Shown here in pieces: positions 34,497 to 45,956 of a stretch of 64,000 bases of DNA. The stretch is from the NCBI GenBank assembly GCA_947363765.1, contig CANAQC010000004.1:1108-65107 (forward strand), given 5' to 3'. Numbering within the stretch: the first letter of the stretch is position 1; every line of letters starts with the position of its first letter. The position numbers and the translations under genes were made by a program. Below the pieces are notes generated by a model. That model made no database searches, was not told the origin of the DNA, and saw nothing but the letters and a program-made list of their open reading frames with translations. This stretch comes from an uncultured Clostridium sp. Its GTDB lineage: Bacteria; Bacillota; Clostridia; TANB77; CAG-508.

Positions 34497-35369
34497 TTAT
34501 TCAATATTTTGAATTTGCTCACGAATATCTTCTAATTGTGTTTTTATATCAATAACCAGATTTGTAATTTCTAAACTTCCAGATTTTGAACCAATTGTAT
34601 TTGTTTCTCTATTCATTTCTTGAATTAAAAAATCTATCTTTTTTCCAATTGGTACATTTTGCTTTATTATTTCTTTAAATTGAATAATATGACTATTTAA
34701 TCTTGTTAATTCTTCTTCTACAGAACATTTCTCAGCATAAATAACAATCTCTTGGTTTAATCGTTCTTTATCAATAATATCCGTTTTCAAAATTTCTTTT
34801 ATTCTTGTTTCTAATTTTACTACATATTCTTCTACAAGTCCAGTAGTATATTTAGAAATTTGTAAAACTTTTTGTTCAATACTATTTATTCTATTTTCTA
34901 AATCTTCTTTTATTTTGTTTCCTTCTTGTATTCTCATTTCTACAAAATTATTAAGTGCTTTTTGTAAAGCATTTTCCAGTTCATTCCAAATTGTAATTTC
35001 ATCTTCTACATTTTTAATCATTAATACATCTGGAAATTTTGAAATTTCTATAATTGGAATAATAGAATCAATATCATTTTCTATTGCAAGACTTTTTAAT
35101 TCTTCAATATATACTTTTGCTAATTCTTTATTAATTTTTATATTTTTACCTTTTGTACTATTATTGTCAAATGTTATATATACATCTATTTTCCCTCTTA
35201 CAATACAAGATAATATTTGTTTTTTTACCTTCTCTTCTAAATAACTAATACTTCTAGGAATTTTTACACTAATATCACAATATCTATGATTTACTGATTT
35301 TATTTCTACATTATATATTCTTCCATCATTTTCATAATTTGCCCTACCAAATCCAGTCATACTGTTCAT
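34497..35369 (-). CDS. yicC: YicC-family stress-induced protein
   Basis: MNSMTGFGRA..SVNHRY.. N-terminus and NREtNTIGSKS-like C-terminus. Confidence 0.88.
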   Translation of the reverse strand: MNSMTGFGRANYENDGRIYNVEIKSVNHRYCDISVKIPRSISYLEEKVKKQILSCIVRGKIDVYITFDNNSTKGKNIKINKELAKVYIEELKSLAIENDIDSIIPIIEISKFPDVLMIKNVEDEITIWNELENALQKALNNFVEMRIQEGNKIKEDLENRINSIEQKVLQISKYTTGLVEEYVVKLETRIKEILKTDIIDKERLNQEIVIYAEKCSVEEELTRLNSHIIQFKEIIKQNVPIGKKIDFLIQEMNRETNTIGSKSGSLEITNLVIDIKTQLEDIREQIQNIE

Positions 35370-35392
35370 ATTTTTACCTCTTTATATATTTT

Positions 35393-35911
35393 CTATTTTT
35401 TTATTATTTCTTCTATATCATTTAAACTATCTATATATTTCTTTTTGCTTTTTCTATATATAATAATAGATTTTATTATATAATAGATTGCAAATAGTAA
35501 AGAAACACTTGCAACATATGAATGAAAGTTTTTTAAATAAACAGTATAAATATAAGTACAAAATAATATGAATATTGCTAAAATTAGTACTTCAATTCCA
35601 TGAAGTGCTAATTTAATATTTTGTTTTTTGTAACTAACTTCAAATAAAAAAATTGCAAAAATTACAAGCATAATACTAAACACTTTTAAATCTGTTATAA
35701 ATATTAAAGTTTCTATGTTTAATGAACCTATGCTAATAAAATATAAAAAAGCCATAATAATATTCGCTATTAATATATTTTCAAAAATTTTTTTATTTAA
35801 TTTATTTTGTTCTTCTTTTGGAAGCTTTTTCTTTCCAAACATTTGTCTTTCTAATTCTTCTATATTCTTATTTAATTTTTGTTCACTTTCTTCTTTTCTC
35901 AAGATTTTCAC
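35393..35911 (-). CDS. hypothetical membrane protein
   Basis: 172 aa with four predicted TM helices. Confidence 0.55.
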   Translation of the reverse strand: MKILRKEESEQKLNKNIEELERQMFGKKKLPKEEQNKLNKKIFENILIANIIMAFLYFISIGSLNIETLIFITDLKVFSIMLVIFAIFLFEVSYKKQNIKLALHGIEVLILAIFILFCTYIYTVYLKNFHSYVASVSLLFAIYYIIKSIIIYRKSKKKYIDSLNDIEEIIKK

Positions 35912-36664
35912 CTACTTCATTTCATCATATTCATACATTAAAATACTTGCTAAAACAATTGGTGCTGTTTCAGTTCGTAAAATTCTATTACCTAATGTTA
36001 CTATTTTTAAATTTGGTATTTCTTCTAGTATATTTATCTCTTTTTTGGTTATTCCTCCTTCTGGTCCTATTATAACAGCAATTTTTATATTTTCTCTTTT
36101 GGGTATTTGTTTTATAACTTGTTTTACTGTTTGGCATTTTTCTTCTTCATATGCTAATAATACTATATCATATCCTATAAGATTTTTATACATATTTTTA
36201 ATATTTAATACTGAATTAATAATAGGAATCTTATCACGTTTACTTTGCTTTGCAGCAACTTCTGCAATTGTTTGCCATCTCTTTATTTTTTTTGGTTGAT
36301 TTTTTTCATCCAATTTTACCACACAATTATCCATTTTTATAGGAGTAATTTCAGATACACCCAATTCTGTTGCTTTTTGAATAATCCACTCCATTTTTTC
36401 TTGTTTTGGTAATCCTTGAAAAATATGAATATAAATAGATGGTTCTGTTTGTATTATACATTGATTTAAAATTTCTACAATAATACTATCATTTTCTATT
36501 TTTGTAATATTAGCATTATATGTATTTGATGTATCACAATTACATACTTGTATCTTATCATTTTTTTGTAACCTAAGAACATTTTTTATATGGTTTACAT
36601 CTTCCCCTACAATTGTAATTTTTTTATCTTCTATTTGATTATTTTTTACAAAAAATTTATACAT
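35912..36664 (-). CDS. rsmE: 16S rRNA (uracil1498-N3)-methyltransferase RsmE
   Basis: MYKFFV.. start with a GGAGG RBS and C-terminus ..GPEGG.TKKEI......LG.RILRTETA... The track ORF extends further upstream, which looks spurious. Confidence 0.85.
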   Translation of the reverse strand: MYKFFVKNNQIEDKKITIVGEDVNHIKNVLRLQKNDKIQVCNCDTSNTYNANITKIENDSIIVEILNQCIIQTEPSIYIHIFQGLPKQEKMEWIIQKATELGVSEITPIKMDNCVVKLDEKNQPKKIKRWQTIAEVAAKQSKRDKIPIINSVLNIKNMYKNLIGYDIVLLAYEEEKCQTVKQVIKQIPKRENIKIAVIIGPEGGITKKEINILEEIPNLKIVTLGNRILRTETAPIVLASILMYEYDEMK

Positions 36665-36752
36665 GTAATACCTCCAACATGTATTATACCAAAACCATAA
36701 AAAAGAGTAAATAGTATTTTTACTACTTACTCTTTTTGTTTTTATAAAAGTC

Positions 36753-37634
36753 TTATGCTCTTGGATGAGCATGTTTATATATATTTTTAATGCTTTCATC
36801 TTGAAATTGCATGTATACTTGTGTTGAAGAAATATCAGAATGTCCAAGCATTGTTTGAATAGATTTTAAATCTGCACCATTTTGTAAAAGATGAGTTGCA
36901 AAAGAATGTCTTAATACATGTGGTGTAATATCCTTTGTTATATGTGCTTGATCTTTATAATATTTTACAATCTTCCAAAATCCTTGTCTTGTTAATCTTC
37001 TTCCATTTGTATTAACAAATAATGCTTTTACACTTTCATCTTTAATTAATATTGGTCTTGAGTTTTCAATATAATCTGCTAATGCTTTTAATGAAAGTGA
37101 ACCTAAAGGAATATTTCTTTGTCTTGCACCAGTTTTACAATTTACTAATCCATCTTTTAAATCAACATCTTCTATATTTAAAGAAATAATTTCTGTTACT
37201 CTCATACCTGTTGCATAAGCAAATTCTAGCATTGCTTTATCACGAATTCCTTTTAAATCTATATTTTTAGGTTGTTCTAATAATAATTCAATTTCATCAG
37301 ATGATAAAATACTTGGTGCTTTTTTTTCTACTTTTGGTGATTGAATTTTCTCTGTCGGATCTTTTTTTATCTTCTTATTACGTACTAAAAATTGATAAAA
37401 AGAACGTATTGATGCTATATTTCTTGATATTGTAGATGTTTTTTTACCAATTTCTTGTAGGTAAGAAAAATATTTTTTCATATCTTCTTCTGTTATTTTT
37501 AAGTAATTCAATTTATTTGAATTTATATATTCTTCATATTGAACTATATCTCTTCTGTATGATTGTAAAGTATTATCTGATAACTTCTTATCCTCCTTAA
37601 TGAATTCTAAAAAATTATTAATTTGTTTTTCCAT
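36753..37634 (-). CDS. xerD: site-specific tyrosine recombinase XerD/XerC
   Basis: Contains ..ATGMRVTE.., HVLRHSFATHLL and GHSDISSTQVY. Located upstream of spoIIM, as in other spore formers. Confidence 0.85.
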   Translation of the reverse strand: MEKQINNFLEFIKEDKKLSDNTLQSYRRDIVQYEEYINSNKLNYLKITEEDMKKYFSYLQEIGKKTSTISRNIASIRSFYQFLVRNKKIKKDPTEKIQSPKVEKKAPSILSSDEIELLLEQPKNIDLKGIRDKAMLEFAYATGMRVTEIISLNIEDVDLKDGLVNCKTGARQRNIPLGSLSLKALADYIENSRPILIKDESVKALFVNTNGRRLTRQGFWKIVKYYKDQAHITKDITPHVLRHSFATHLLQNGADLKSIQTMLGHSDISSTQVYMQFQDESIKNIYKHAHPRA

Positions 37635-37763
37635 AAATATTCCCCTACCCTTAAACTTCATTTTATGTATTTGTTGCACAATTTACATAACACTCTTATG
37701 TTATATCAAAATATTTTGAAATTGTAAATAGATTTTCAACTTTTTTTAAAAATATTTTTTATT

Positions 37764-38411
37764 TTATAGATATTTTGCACAAATTTGTACTAAATTTGTA
37801 GAAATATATACTTCAAAAAAAGCTGAAATCTCTAGTCCTATCATTAGTATAAAACAAAATAATGTATGTCTTGTAATTTCTAATTGAATATTTTCTTTTC
37901 TTTTATCTTTTACAATAGATTTATATAATTTCATTCCGCTTACTCCTAAAGCAAGTAAACATGGAATGAATACAATATTTTGAATTAGTAAAGAGGTAAA
38001 AGAAAATAGTAATCCCTTCCCTATTCCAAATGTTGCAATTATAGAAGATATAGTATATCCTAAGCAAAACCCTCGATATGCGGTTATTCCATAAACAATT
38101 GGAATACCAATAACAGTAGAACCAACAAACCATAATATTAATGCTAATCCAAATTTAGATAATAATGTTTGTTTTAATAATTCTATTTGATTAACTTTTG
38201 ATTCATTTTTGATATGATTAATAAAATCTCCTAAATAAGATGTAATTTCTTCTATTTGAGGCTCTTTTGCATGATTTATAAAAATAATCCCAAATATAAA
38301 TCCAATTAAAAATAAAACAAGAACTATCGCATATTCTCTTAAATTATTTCGAATATGTGTTAAAATTACTTGTTTTATCTTGCTTTCTTTCCTTTTTCCT
38401 ATGTTTCTCAA
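37764..38411 (-). CDS. spoIIM: stage II sporulation protein M
   Basis: 215 aa, polytopic. The xerD-spoIIM synteny is conserved in spore formers. Confidence 0.65.
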   Translation of the reverse strand: MRNIGKRKESKIKQVILTHIRNNLREYAIVLVLFLIGFIFGIIFINHAKEPQIEEITSYLGDFINHIKNESKVNQIELLKQTLLSKFGLALILWFVGSTVIGIPIVYGITAYRGFCLGYTISSIIATFGIGKGLLFSFTSLLIQNIVFIPCLLALGVSGMKLYKSIVKDKRKENIQLEITRHTLFCFILMIGLEISAFFEVYISTNLVQICAKYL

Positions 38412-38528
38412 TTTATTACCTCCTTTATGTATAAATCAAAAGTTACTTTTTATTTATACATAATGTCTATGTAATAAAATGAGATTTAGAACTTTTACTG
38501 TAAATGAATTTATTAATTAATAATTTTT

Positions 38529-39725
38529 TTAGTCTTTTGTTGATATTTTACCATATACTCCTCCACCACCTGCTTGAATATTTAGTTTTCCTTCTCTTGC
38601 AAGTATAATGGTATTTGCAATTTTTTTATTTGTTACTGATTCAATATCATCTTTTGAAAGTTTATGTAATATATCCATTTCTGTTCCAAAATGTGTTATT
38701 AATTTATCAATAGTTTTTGAGCCTAGTCCAGGAATAAATGTTAATGGAATTTGATATATATATGGCGGTCTACTTTTAGGACTTTTAGTTTCTTTCTTAT
38801 CTTTTATTTCTTCAATTCTATCAAAAACCCCCATCGTAATGTTTTTAGAATCACACTCATCACAAGTAGTAACAGGGGCAATTCCTTCTACATTTTTCTC
38901 ACACTTTTCACAATATGTTCTATGATATTTGCCAAGCTTTGGATCTAAGCCATAATTAGCAATTATCCTTCTTCCTCCTTCTTGTTTTATAGCTTTTACA
39001 AATTCTTTAAAACTAATATCTTCTAATAATATTTTGTTATATTCTCTTGCAATTTTCGGAAGTGAATGAGCATCTGAGTTTGTTAAAAAAGTCCTTGTCT
39101 CTAACTCTGAAATAGTATCTGCTAAAAAAGTATCAGAACTTAAGCCTAATTCTATAGCAAAAATTTTTTCAAATTTTTCTTTAAAAATTTTTGCTAAACG
39201 GTCTGTACAATTACCATAAAAACTTTTATGTGGTGTAAATGCATGTGCTGGAATTAAAATACCATTGTATTTTTCTACAATATCTATTAAATCATAAGCA
39301 GATATATTTGCTCTTTGTGAACTTAATGTCATATTCCTTATATGATTACTCATCTGTTTTGAAAAACCTTTTATATCTTTTAAAGTAGGAAAATAACATA
39401 AATTATGTGCACTCCCTGTTTTTCCTTCTTCATTTTTTTCTGATGTTTCTATCTCACTACCTAAAATAATACATACTTTATTTTTGTATACAATTCCTCC
39501 ATCTGGTATTTCATATGCTTCACCATTTTTTAAAAATTCTTCAATATCTTCTATTACATAAGGAGATGCACAATCTATAATTCCTACAACATTAACTCCT
39601 TTTCTTTCTACACATTCTTTGGCAATATTTTCAAAATTTAAACTTTTTGCTGCTGTTATTTTTATTGGTTTATTAGACTTACTTCTTCCTATATGGACAT
39701 GCATATCTGCAAATACTTCGTACAT
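38529..39725 (-). CDS. endonuclease Q (PHP-domain, TIGR00375-like)
   Basis: N-terminus FADMHVHIGRS..PIKITAA..L.F.NI..EC..KG...VGIIDCASP, plus a C-terminal Zn-ribbon (CEKCE..CDEC). Confidence 0.7.
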   Translation of the reverse strand: MYEVFADMHVHIGRSKSNKPIKITAAKSLNFENIAKECVERKGVNVVGIIDCASPYVIEDIEEFLKNGEAYEIPDGGIVYKNKVCIILGSEIETSEKNEEGKTGSAHNLCYFPTLKDIKGFSKQMSNHIRNMTLSSQRANISAYDLIDIVEKYNGILIPAHAFTPHKSFYGNCTDRLAKIFKEKFEKIFAIELGLSSDTFLADTISELETRTFLTNSDAHSLPKIAREYNKILLEDISFKEFVKAIKQEGGRRIIANYGLDPKLGKYHRTYCEKCEKNVEGIAPVTTCDECDSKNITMGVFDRIEEIKDKKETKSPKSRPPYIYQIPLTFIPGLGSKTIDKLITHFGTEMDILHKLSKDDIESVTNKKIANTIILAREGKLNIQAGGGGVYGKISTKD

Positions 39726-39782
39726 TTTTTCCTCCTTAAAAATTATAGAGGATTACTATGAATCCTCTTTTACTTTTGTATT

Positions 39783-40052
39783 TTATCTTTCTTCTCCACT
39801 AGATGTTCTTTGTTCCATCTTTTGGCTTGTTTTGTATTCTTCTATAACATATTCAATTGGTTCTTTATTATCTAATTTTATATATGGTATATCTAAATTG
39901 CCTTTTTGTAAATGTGTATTTGTAATATCTCTATTAAATTGTATACTAGCAATCTTAATTGCCTCTTTTACTTGTTCTGGATCTAATTTATTATATACTC
40001 TAGCTAATTTTGATATTCTTCCATAATAAGTTTCTCTATCTAATTCACTCAT
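39783..40052 (-). CDS. hypothetical protein (89 aa)
   Basis: ORF with an upstream RBS. No family recognised. Confidence 0.45.
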   Translation of the reverse strand: MSELDRETYYGRISKLARVYNKLDPEQVKEAIKIASIQFNRDITNTHLQKGNLDIPYIKLDNKEPIEYVIEEYKTSQKMEQRTSSGEER

Positions 40053-40075
40053 TATATATTCATCCTTTCTATTGT

Positions 40076-40618
40076 TTATACTGCTATTTCTTCTGTTATA
40101 ACAACAAACTCCTTAAATTTATCTAAATAGTAATTATTTTTTCCTTTCATATTACGAAACTCTAATAATACTAATGCTTCATCAACAGGAAATCCTCTTC
40201 TTTCTGGTCTATTTAATAGCATACCACCAAAATTATCTACTAATTCTAATATATCACTTTCTTTCTCCCTTGGTTCACTTTCACTATATCTATTTACTTG
40301 TTCACAAATCTTGCAAAATCTTTCATCAAAACCTAAACTCTGTAAATATTTTGCTCCTTCTTTTGCATATGACTTAACTTTAGATAAATTTTGAGGATCA
40401 TTTGATTTTTTACAAAAACATAATAAACATGCTGTTAATACTATATTTTTATCTACATCTTCAATTTCCATATCTTCAATAAACATTCTAGCAAGTTCTG
40501 TTTTAAAAATAACAGAATTATCAAAAAAGATATTTGTTCTTTTTTTTAAGTAATATACAATTTCCATTTTCTTAATATAGTCATGTTCTGATAATATATA
40601 ATCTGCAAATGTTTCCAT
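40076..40618 (-). CDS. hypothetical protein (180 aa)
   Basis: Intact ORF. No family recognised. Confidence 0.5.
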   Translation of the reverse strand: METFADYILSEHDYIKKMEIVYYLKKRTNIFFDNSVIFKTELARMFIEDMEIEDVDKNIVLTACLLCFCKKSNDPQNLSKVKSYAKEGAKYLQSLGFDERFCKICEQVNRYSESEPREKESDILELVDNFGGMLLNRPERRGFPVDEALVLLEFRNMKGKNNYYLDKFKEFVVITEEIAV

Positions 40619-40775
40619 AGTCTCGCCCCTTTATTTTTAGTCATTTGTACCTACTATATGTTAGTTTAATTATATTCTAAAAAAATATACAATTCAAGCA
40701 TGTTACACAAAAGATATATTTTTGTAACATGCTTGAATTATTTCTTTATTATTTTAATTTTATATTTTCTCTTTT

Positions 40776-41354
40776 TTAGATAGATATTTTTTTAAGTTCT
40801 TTTTCTAATTGTTCAATATTACCATTATTTTCAATTACAAAATCTGATTTTTTACATATTTCATCTTCTGTTATTTGAATATTTAATCTTTTTTTTGCCA
40901 TTTCAACACTAATATCATCTCTTTTGCAAATACGTTGTATTTTTTCTTCTTCTTTTGCTATTATTCCAATTACAAAATCACAAATTTGATTTAATTTACT
41001 TTCAAATAGTAATGGTGCATCAATTATAATTAGTTCTTTCCCTATTAACTGATTTATCTTATCCTTAATCTCTTGAACTACATATATAAATGTAAGATTA
41101 TTTAATCTTTGCCTTTTCTCATCACTTTCATATATAATATTTGCAAGTTCACTACGTTTTAATTCTCCATCATTATCTAATATACCTTGACCAAAATATT
41201 CTACAATAGATTGTAAATATATACTCCCTTTTTTTGATAATCTTTTTGCAATTTCATCCGAATCAATAATATAAGCACTATATTGTTTTTTTAATATATT
41301 ACATATAGTAGTTTTTCCTGCTCCAGAAGTCCCTGTAATACCTATAATCTTCAT
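40776..41354 (-). CDS. coaE: dephospho-CoA kinase
   Basis: MKIIGITGTSGAGKTT..IDSDEIAK... Confidence 0.88.
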   Translation of the reverse strand: MKIIGITGTSGAGKTTICNILKKQYSAYIIDSDEIAKRLSKKGSIYLQSIVEYFGQGILDNDGELKRSELANIIYESDEKRQRLNNLTFIYVVQEIKDKINQLIGKELIIIDAPLLFESKLNQICDFVIGIIAKEEEKIQRICKRDDISVEMAKKRLNIQITEDEICKKSDFVIENNGNIEQLEKELKKISI

Positions 41355-41414
41355 TTTTTCACCCCACTATTTAAATTACTATATTCCTTATTTAAATACT
41401 TTTACAAACTATTA

Positions 41415-41732
41415 CTAAATTTTTTTCTTTGGTTTTGGTAATGGTGTAACTTTCTCTAATTCAACTACTATATTTTTACTAAGTTCTGAATCATCAATGT
41501 CCAAAACATAATGTTCTTTTGCTCCTTTATAAGGAAATCCAATTTCTGCCTCTTTCATTAAATCACATATTTCTTTTAATTGTTTTACATATGCAGTATT
41601 ATTGCAAACAATAATAACTGGTTTATTATTTACATATACCATATATTCACCAAACATTTTCTTATATCTAATTTCTCCAACACCACAAATTTGTTCACAA
41701 ACATATTCTATAAATTCATTTGTTGTTGCCAT
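41415..41732 (-). CDS. TfoX N-terminal-domain protein
   Basis: ..IRYKKMFGEYMVYVNNKPV... 105 aa. Confidence 0.65.
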   Translation of the reverse strand: MATTNEFIEYVCEQICGVGEIRYKKMFGEYMVYVNNKPVIIVCNNTAYVKQLKEICDLMKEAEIGFPYKGAKEHYVLDIDDSELSKNIVVELEKVTPLPKPKKKI

Positions 41733-41892
41733 ATTCTCTCTCCTTTAAATAATTTTTTCTATTTGTATCATAGCACAAAAACATATTAGTATCAAGGAAT
41801 TAAAATAAAATTAAATTTTTTTTATTTTTCTATTGCATAAACATATGTTTGTGTGTTATGCTATTTAAAGAAATATTTGTTTGGGTGATTTT

Positions 41893-43195
41893 ATGGATAT
41901 AATAGATAAGTTAAAAATATTAGCAGATTCTGCAAAATACGATGTTTCTTGTAGTTCTAGTGGTAGTAGCAGAACCAATACTAAAAATGGTATTGGAAAT
42001 GGCAAAATTTCTGGCATTTGCCATAGTTGGTCAGCTGATGGAAGATGTATCTCTTTATTAAAGATTTTAATGACAAATGCTTGTATATATGATTGTAAAT
42101 ATTGTATTAATCGTTCCTCAAATTCCACTCCACGTGCTACTTTTACTTCAAGAGAAATTGCAGACTTAACTATACAATTTTATAAAAGAAATTATATTGA
42201 AGGACTTTTTTTAAGTTCTGCAATTATTAAATCTCCAAATTACACAATGGAACAATTATATAAAACTATTTACATTCTAAGAAATGAATACCATTTTAAT
42301 GGCTATATTCATGTAAAAGCAATTCCTGGTGCTAGTACAGAATTATTAAACAAACTAGGTGTTCTTGCCGATCGTATGAGTATAAATATTGAACTTCCTT
42401 CTAATAATAGTCTAAAACTATTAGCACCTCAAAAAGAAAAAGCAAGTATATTTACACCTATGAAACATATTTCTACCAATATTGCCATTTCAAAAGAAGA
42501 AACTTCTTTGTATGCAAAACGTTTTGTACCTGCACGGTCAAACAACTCAAATGATGATAGGTGCAAGTCCAGAATCTGATTTACAAATATTACGTTTATC
42601 TGAAAGTTTATATGAAAAGTATTCTTTAAAAAGAGTCTACTATTCTGCTTATGTATCTATAAATAATGATTCTAACCTTCCTAGTTTAGATAATCCTCCT
42701 TTACTTAGAGAAAATAGACTATATCAAGCTGATTGGTTACTTCGTTATTATGGTTTTAAAGCAGAAGAACTTTTAGATGATACTCATCCTAATTTTAATA
42801 ATTTATTAGACCCAAAATGTGAATGGGCTCTACGCCATTTAGAATACTTTCCTGTTGATATTAACAAAGCTGATTTTTATACTTTACTTCGTATTCCTGG
42901 AATTGGAGTTACCTCTGCTAAACGTATTATTAGTGCAAGAAGACACTTTAACTTACGTTTTGACCAATTAAAAGGTCTTGGTATTGTTTTAAAACGTGCA
43001 ATTTATTTTATTACTTGTAGTGGAACTTATTTTAATAAAGCTAGTTTATTAAATCCATCTTTTATTGAAACCAATATACTTTTACAAGAAAGAAAATCAA
43101 TACCTATTTTTGATACTGGCAAACAATTATCAATATTTGATAATTTAATTCCTACAAAGGAGGATACCATAAAATGCATAAGTGGAAATTTATAG
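41893..43195 (+). CDS. putative DNA modification/repair radical SAM protein (TIGR03916-like); frame break at an in-frame CGG
   Basis: MDIIDKLKILADSAKYDVSC..C.YDCKYC.. radical SAM cluster motif. Track ORFs 41881..42579 and 42482..43195 are joined by skipping the C at 42535: ..KRFVPA-G-QTTQMMIGASPESD... Confidence 0.8.
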
Positions 43196-43941
43196 ATACT
43201 GCATATATTTATGATGGTTCTTTTGATGGTTTGCTAACTATTGTTTTTAATAGTTACATTTCTAAAACAGTTCCTTCTAGAATTGTAACTTCTGAATTTG
43301 AAATAGATTTATTTTGTAACTATACAACATTAAAAACAGAAGAAAAGAAAACAAATCGTATTTATAAAGGTATTGTAAAAAATATATCTTATGATTGTTT
43401 ATTAACTGCTTATTATACCTACTTATCTAATTGCAATAATAAAGAACTTGACATTTTAAAATATATATTACTAGGATTTGAATTAGGTCCTAAAATTGAT
43501 CATTTATTATCAAATCCACTTGTATTAAGTATGCAAAAAACTAAAAAACGTGTTTTTGGAGAATTTCATAGGTTATGTGGGTTACTACGATTTATTAAAT
43601 TATCTAATGGTATGCTTTATGCTACAATTCATCCAGATAACAATATCATAGAATTATTAGGCCATCACTTCATCTCTCGTCTACCAAATGAGAACTTCAT
43701 TATTCATGATAAAAATAGAAATATAGCACTTTTGTATAATACAAATGAATATATTATAACAAATGCCAAAAATTTAACAATTACCTCTTTATCAGAAGAA
43801 GAATTGTACTATCAAAACTTATGGAATCATTTTTATAATGTGATTGGAATTAAAGAAAGAAAAAATTCAAAATTAAGAATGCAATTTATGCCAAAAAAAT
43901 ATTGGCAAGATTTAATTGAACATGTAGAACAATTTAATTAA
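43174..43941 (+). CDS. TIGR03915-like putative DNA metabolism protein (partner of the radical SAM protein)
   Basis: ..YIYDGSFDGLLTIVF.. N-terminus. Start overlaps the end of the upstream radical SAM gene. Confidence 0.7.
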   Translation: MHKWKFIDTAYIYDGSFDGLLTIVFNSYISKTVPSRIVTSEFEIDLFCNYTTLKTEEKKTNRIYKGIVKNISYDCLLTAYYTYLSNCNNKELDILKYILLGFELGPKIDHLLSNPLVLSMQKTKKRVFGEFHRLCGLLRFIKLSNGMLYATIHPDNNIIELLGHHFISRLPNENFIIHDKNRNIALLYNTNEYIITNAKNLTITSLSEEELYYQNLWNHFYNVIGIKERKNSKLRMQFMPKKYWQDLIEHVEQFN

Positions 43942-44020
43942 TATTTATTTTTTTGTTATATAAATTTTTAATAAATATTTTTAATCCTTAAATGCTTACA
44001 CATATAAATAGTATAAGCAT

Positions 44021-44473
44021 TTATATGTGTAATTTTTTAATAGCTTCTCTTGCTAACTCATCACAACGATTGTTATATTCATTATCACTATGTCCTTTAA
44101 CTTTTATAAACGTAACTTGATGTTTTTTAGTTAACTCGTATAATTCTTCCCAAAGTTCCTTGTTTTTTACTGGTTCCTTACTTGCATTTTTCCAACCATT
44201 TTTTTGCCATCCTTCAATCCATTTTTGACAAAATGCATTTACAACATAAGCACTATCACTATAAACTTTTACATTGCACTTAAATTTTAATAGTTTTAGT
44301 GCTTCAATAACAGCTGTTAATTCCATTATATTATTTGTTGTATCATTTTTTGCACCAAAAATTTCTTTTTTATGTTCTTTGTACATTAAAATACTTCCCC
44401 ATCCACCTGGACCTGGGTTTCCAGAACATGCCCCATCTGTATAAATAACAATTTCTTCCATTTTTTCCTCCAA
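44021..44473 (-). CDS. rnhA: ribonuclease HI
   Basis: ..[39 protein letters not shown]. Confidence 0.9.
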   Translation of the reverse strand: MEEKMEEIVIYTDGACSGNPGPGGWGSILMYKEHKKEIFGAKNDTTNNIMELTAVIEALKLLKFKCNVKVYSDSAYVVNAFCQKWIEGWQKNGWKNASKEPVKNKELWEELYELTKKHQVTFIKVKGHSDNEYNNRCDELAREAIKKLHI

Positions 44474-44567
44474 AAAAATATTTTTTTACAGAATGTTTGA
44501 AAAATATTTTTTTTTATGATATTATAACAATAATTGTTTTAAAAATGCAAGATAGGAGGAAAAATTT

Positions 44568-45800
44568 ATGAATAAAGTACTAGGAATTATTGCCGAGTAC
44601 AACCCATTTCACAATGGTCATGTATATCATGTAAATGAATCAAAAAAAGCTGTTGGTGCAAATTACACAGTAGCAATTATGAGTGGTAATTTTGTACAAA
44701 GAGGTGATACTTCTTTAACCGATAAATGGACAAAAGCAAGAATGGCACTTTTAAATGGAATAGATCTTGTAATAGAATTACCAGTTATTTATAGTGTTTC
44801 TAGTGCAGAAAATTTTGCTAGTGGTGCTATTAAAATTTTAGATTCATTAAAAATTGTTGACTATTTATCTTTTGGAAGTGAACTTTGTGATGTTAACCTT
44901 TTAAATGATTTTGCTAATGTTTTATATGAGGAACCAAAAGAATATATTTCTATATTAAACCACGAATTAGGAAAAGGTTTTTCATATCCAAAAGCTAGAG
45001 AAAATGCCTTACTAATCTATTTAAATGATATTAGAAAATATGCCAACATTTTGTCTAGTCCTAATAATATATTAGCAATTGAATATTTAAAATCTTTAAA
45101 ACAAGATAAAAGTAATATTGCTCCATTTAGTATTAAAAGAAATAAAGTAGATTATAATGATACTAATATTGTAGATGGATTTGCTAGTGCTACAGCAATT
45201 AGAAAAATTGCTTTAACAAATGATGTATGGAGTTTACGAAGAGCAATGCCAAAATCTTCTTTTGATATTATGTATGAATGTCTACGTTCTGGAAAAACAG
45301 TTGCAAATTTATCTAAATTTGAACAAACTATTATATATAATTTAAGAAGAATGTCTTTGGAAGAAATTGCTGATTTACCAGATGTTTCTGAAGGACTTGA
45401 ACATGCAATAAAAAATGCTGCAAATTCATGTAATACTATAGATGAATTAATTTCAATTGTAAAAAGTAAACGTTATACTGTAACAAGACTAAAACGAGCA
45501 TTATTACATTGTTTACTTGGTATTACAAAAAAAGATATACTAAATTCTAAAAAAGTAGTTCCATATATTCGTGTTCTTGGCTTTAATGAACAAGGAAAAG
45601 AATTATTATCTGGAATTGCTCATGCAAATCCAAAATTAGAACTTATTACTTCTGTTCGTGATTATTTAGACACTTCTTCTAATAAAGTATTAAAAAGCAT
45701 GTTAGAAAAAGATGTATTTGCTACAGATATATATACTTTAGGTTATGATTATGATTCTAGTAGTAATCTTGATTTTACCACTCCTATTGTTAAGGTATAA
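44568..45800 (+). CDS. tmcAL: tRNA(Met) cytidine acetate ligase TmcAL (UPF0348 nucleotidyltransferase)
   Basis: GIIAEYNPFHNGHVYH....K......VAIMSGNFVQRGD....DKW.KA.MAL.NG.DLVIELP. Confidence 0.8.
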   Translation: MNKVLGIIAEYNPFHNGHVYHVNESKKAVGANYTVAIMSGNFVQRGDTSLTDKWTKARMALLNGIDLVIELPVIYSVSSAENFASGAIKILDSLKIVDYLSFGSELCDVNLLNDFANVLYEEPKEYISILNHELGKGFSYPKARENALLIYLNDIRKYANILSSPNNILAIEYLKSLKQDKSNIAPFSIKRNKVDYNDTNIVDGFASATAIRKIALTNDVWSLRRAMPKSSFDIMYECLRSGKTVANLSKFEQTIIYNLRRMSLEEIADLPDVSEGLEHAIKNAANSCNTIDELISIVKSKRYTVTRLKRALLHCLLGITKKDILNSKKVVPYIRVLGFNEQGKELLSGIAHANPKLELITSVRDYLDTSSNKVLKSMLEKDVFATDIYTLGYDYDSSSNLDFTTPIVKV

Positions 45801-45810
45801 TATTTTATAA

Positions 45811-45843
45811 GGAAAATAGAATTTCATCTATTTTCCTTTTTTG
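45811..45843 (+). terminator. rho-independent terminator after tmcAL
   Basis: Stem GGAAAATAGA / TCTATTTTCC followed by a T-run. Confidence 0.7.
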
Positions 45844-45956
45844 TATAGTACTATATCTTTATATCCCCTTTTCCCTTCATTCTATCCCCTATTTATGCAC
45901 CGATTGTTAGTTTTTGTCATATATTGTAATATAACCCAAAATAAGGAGGAATTATA

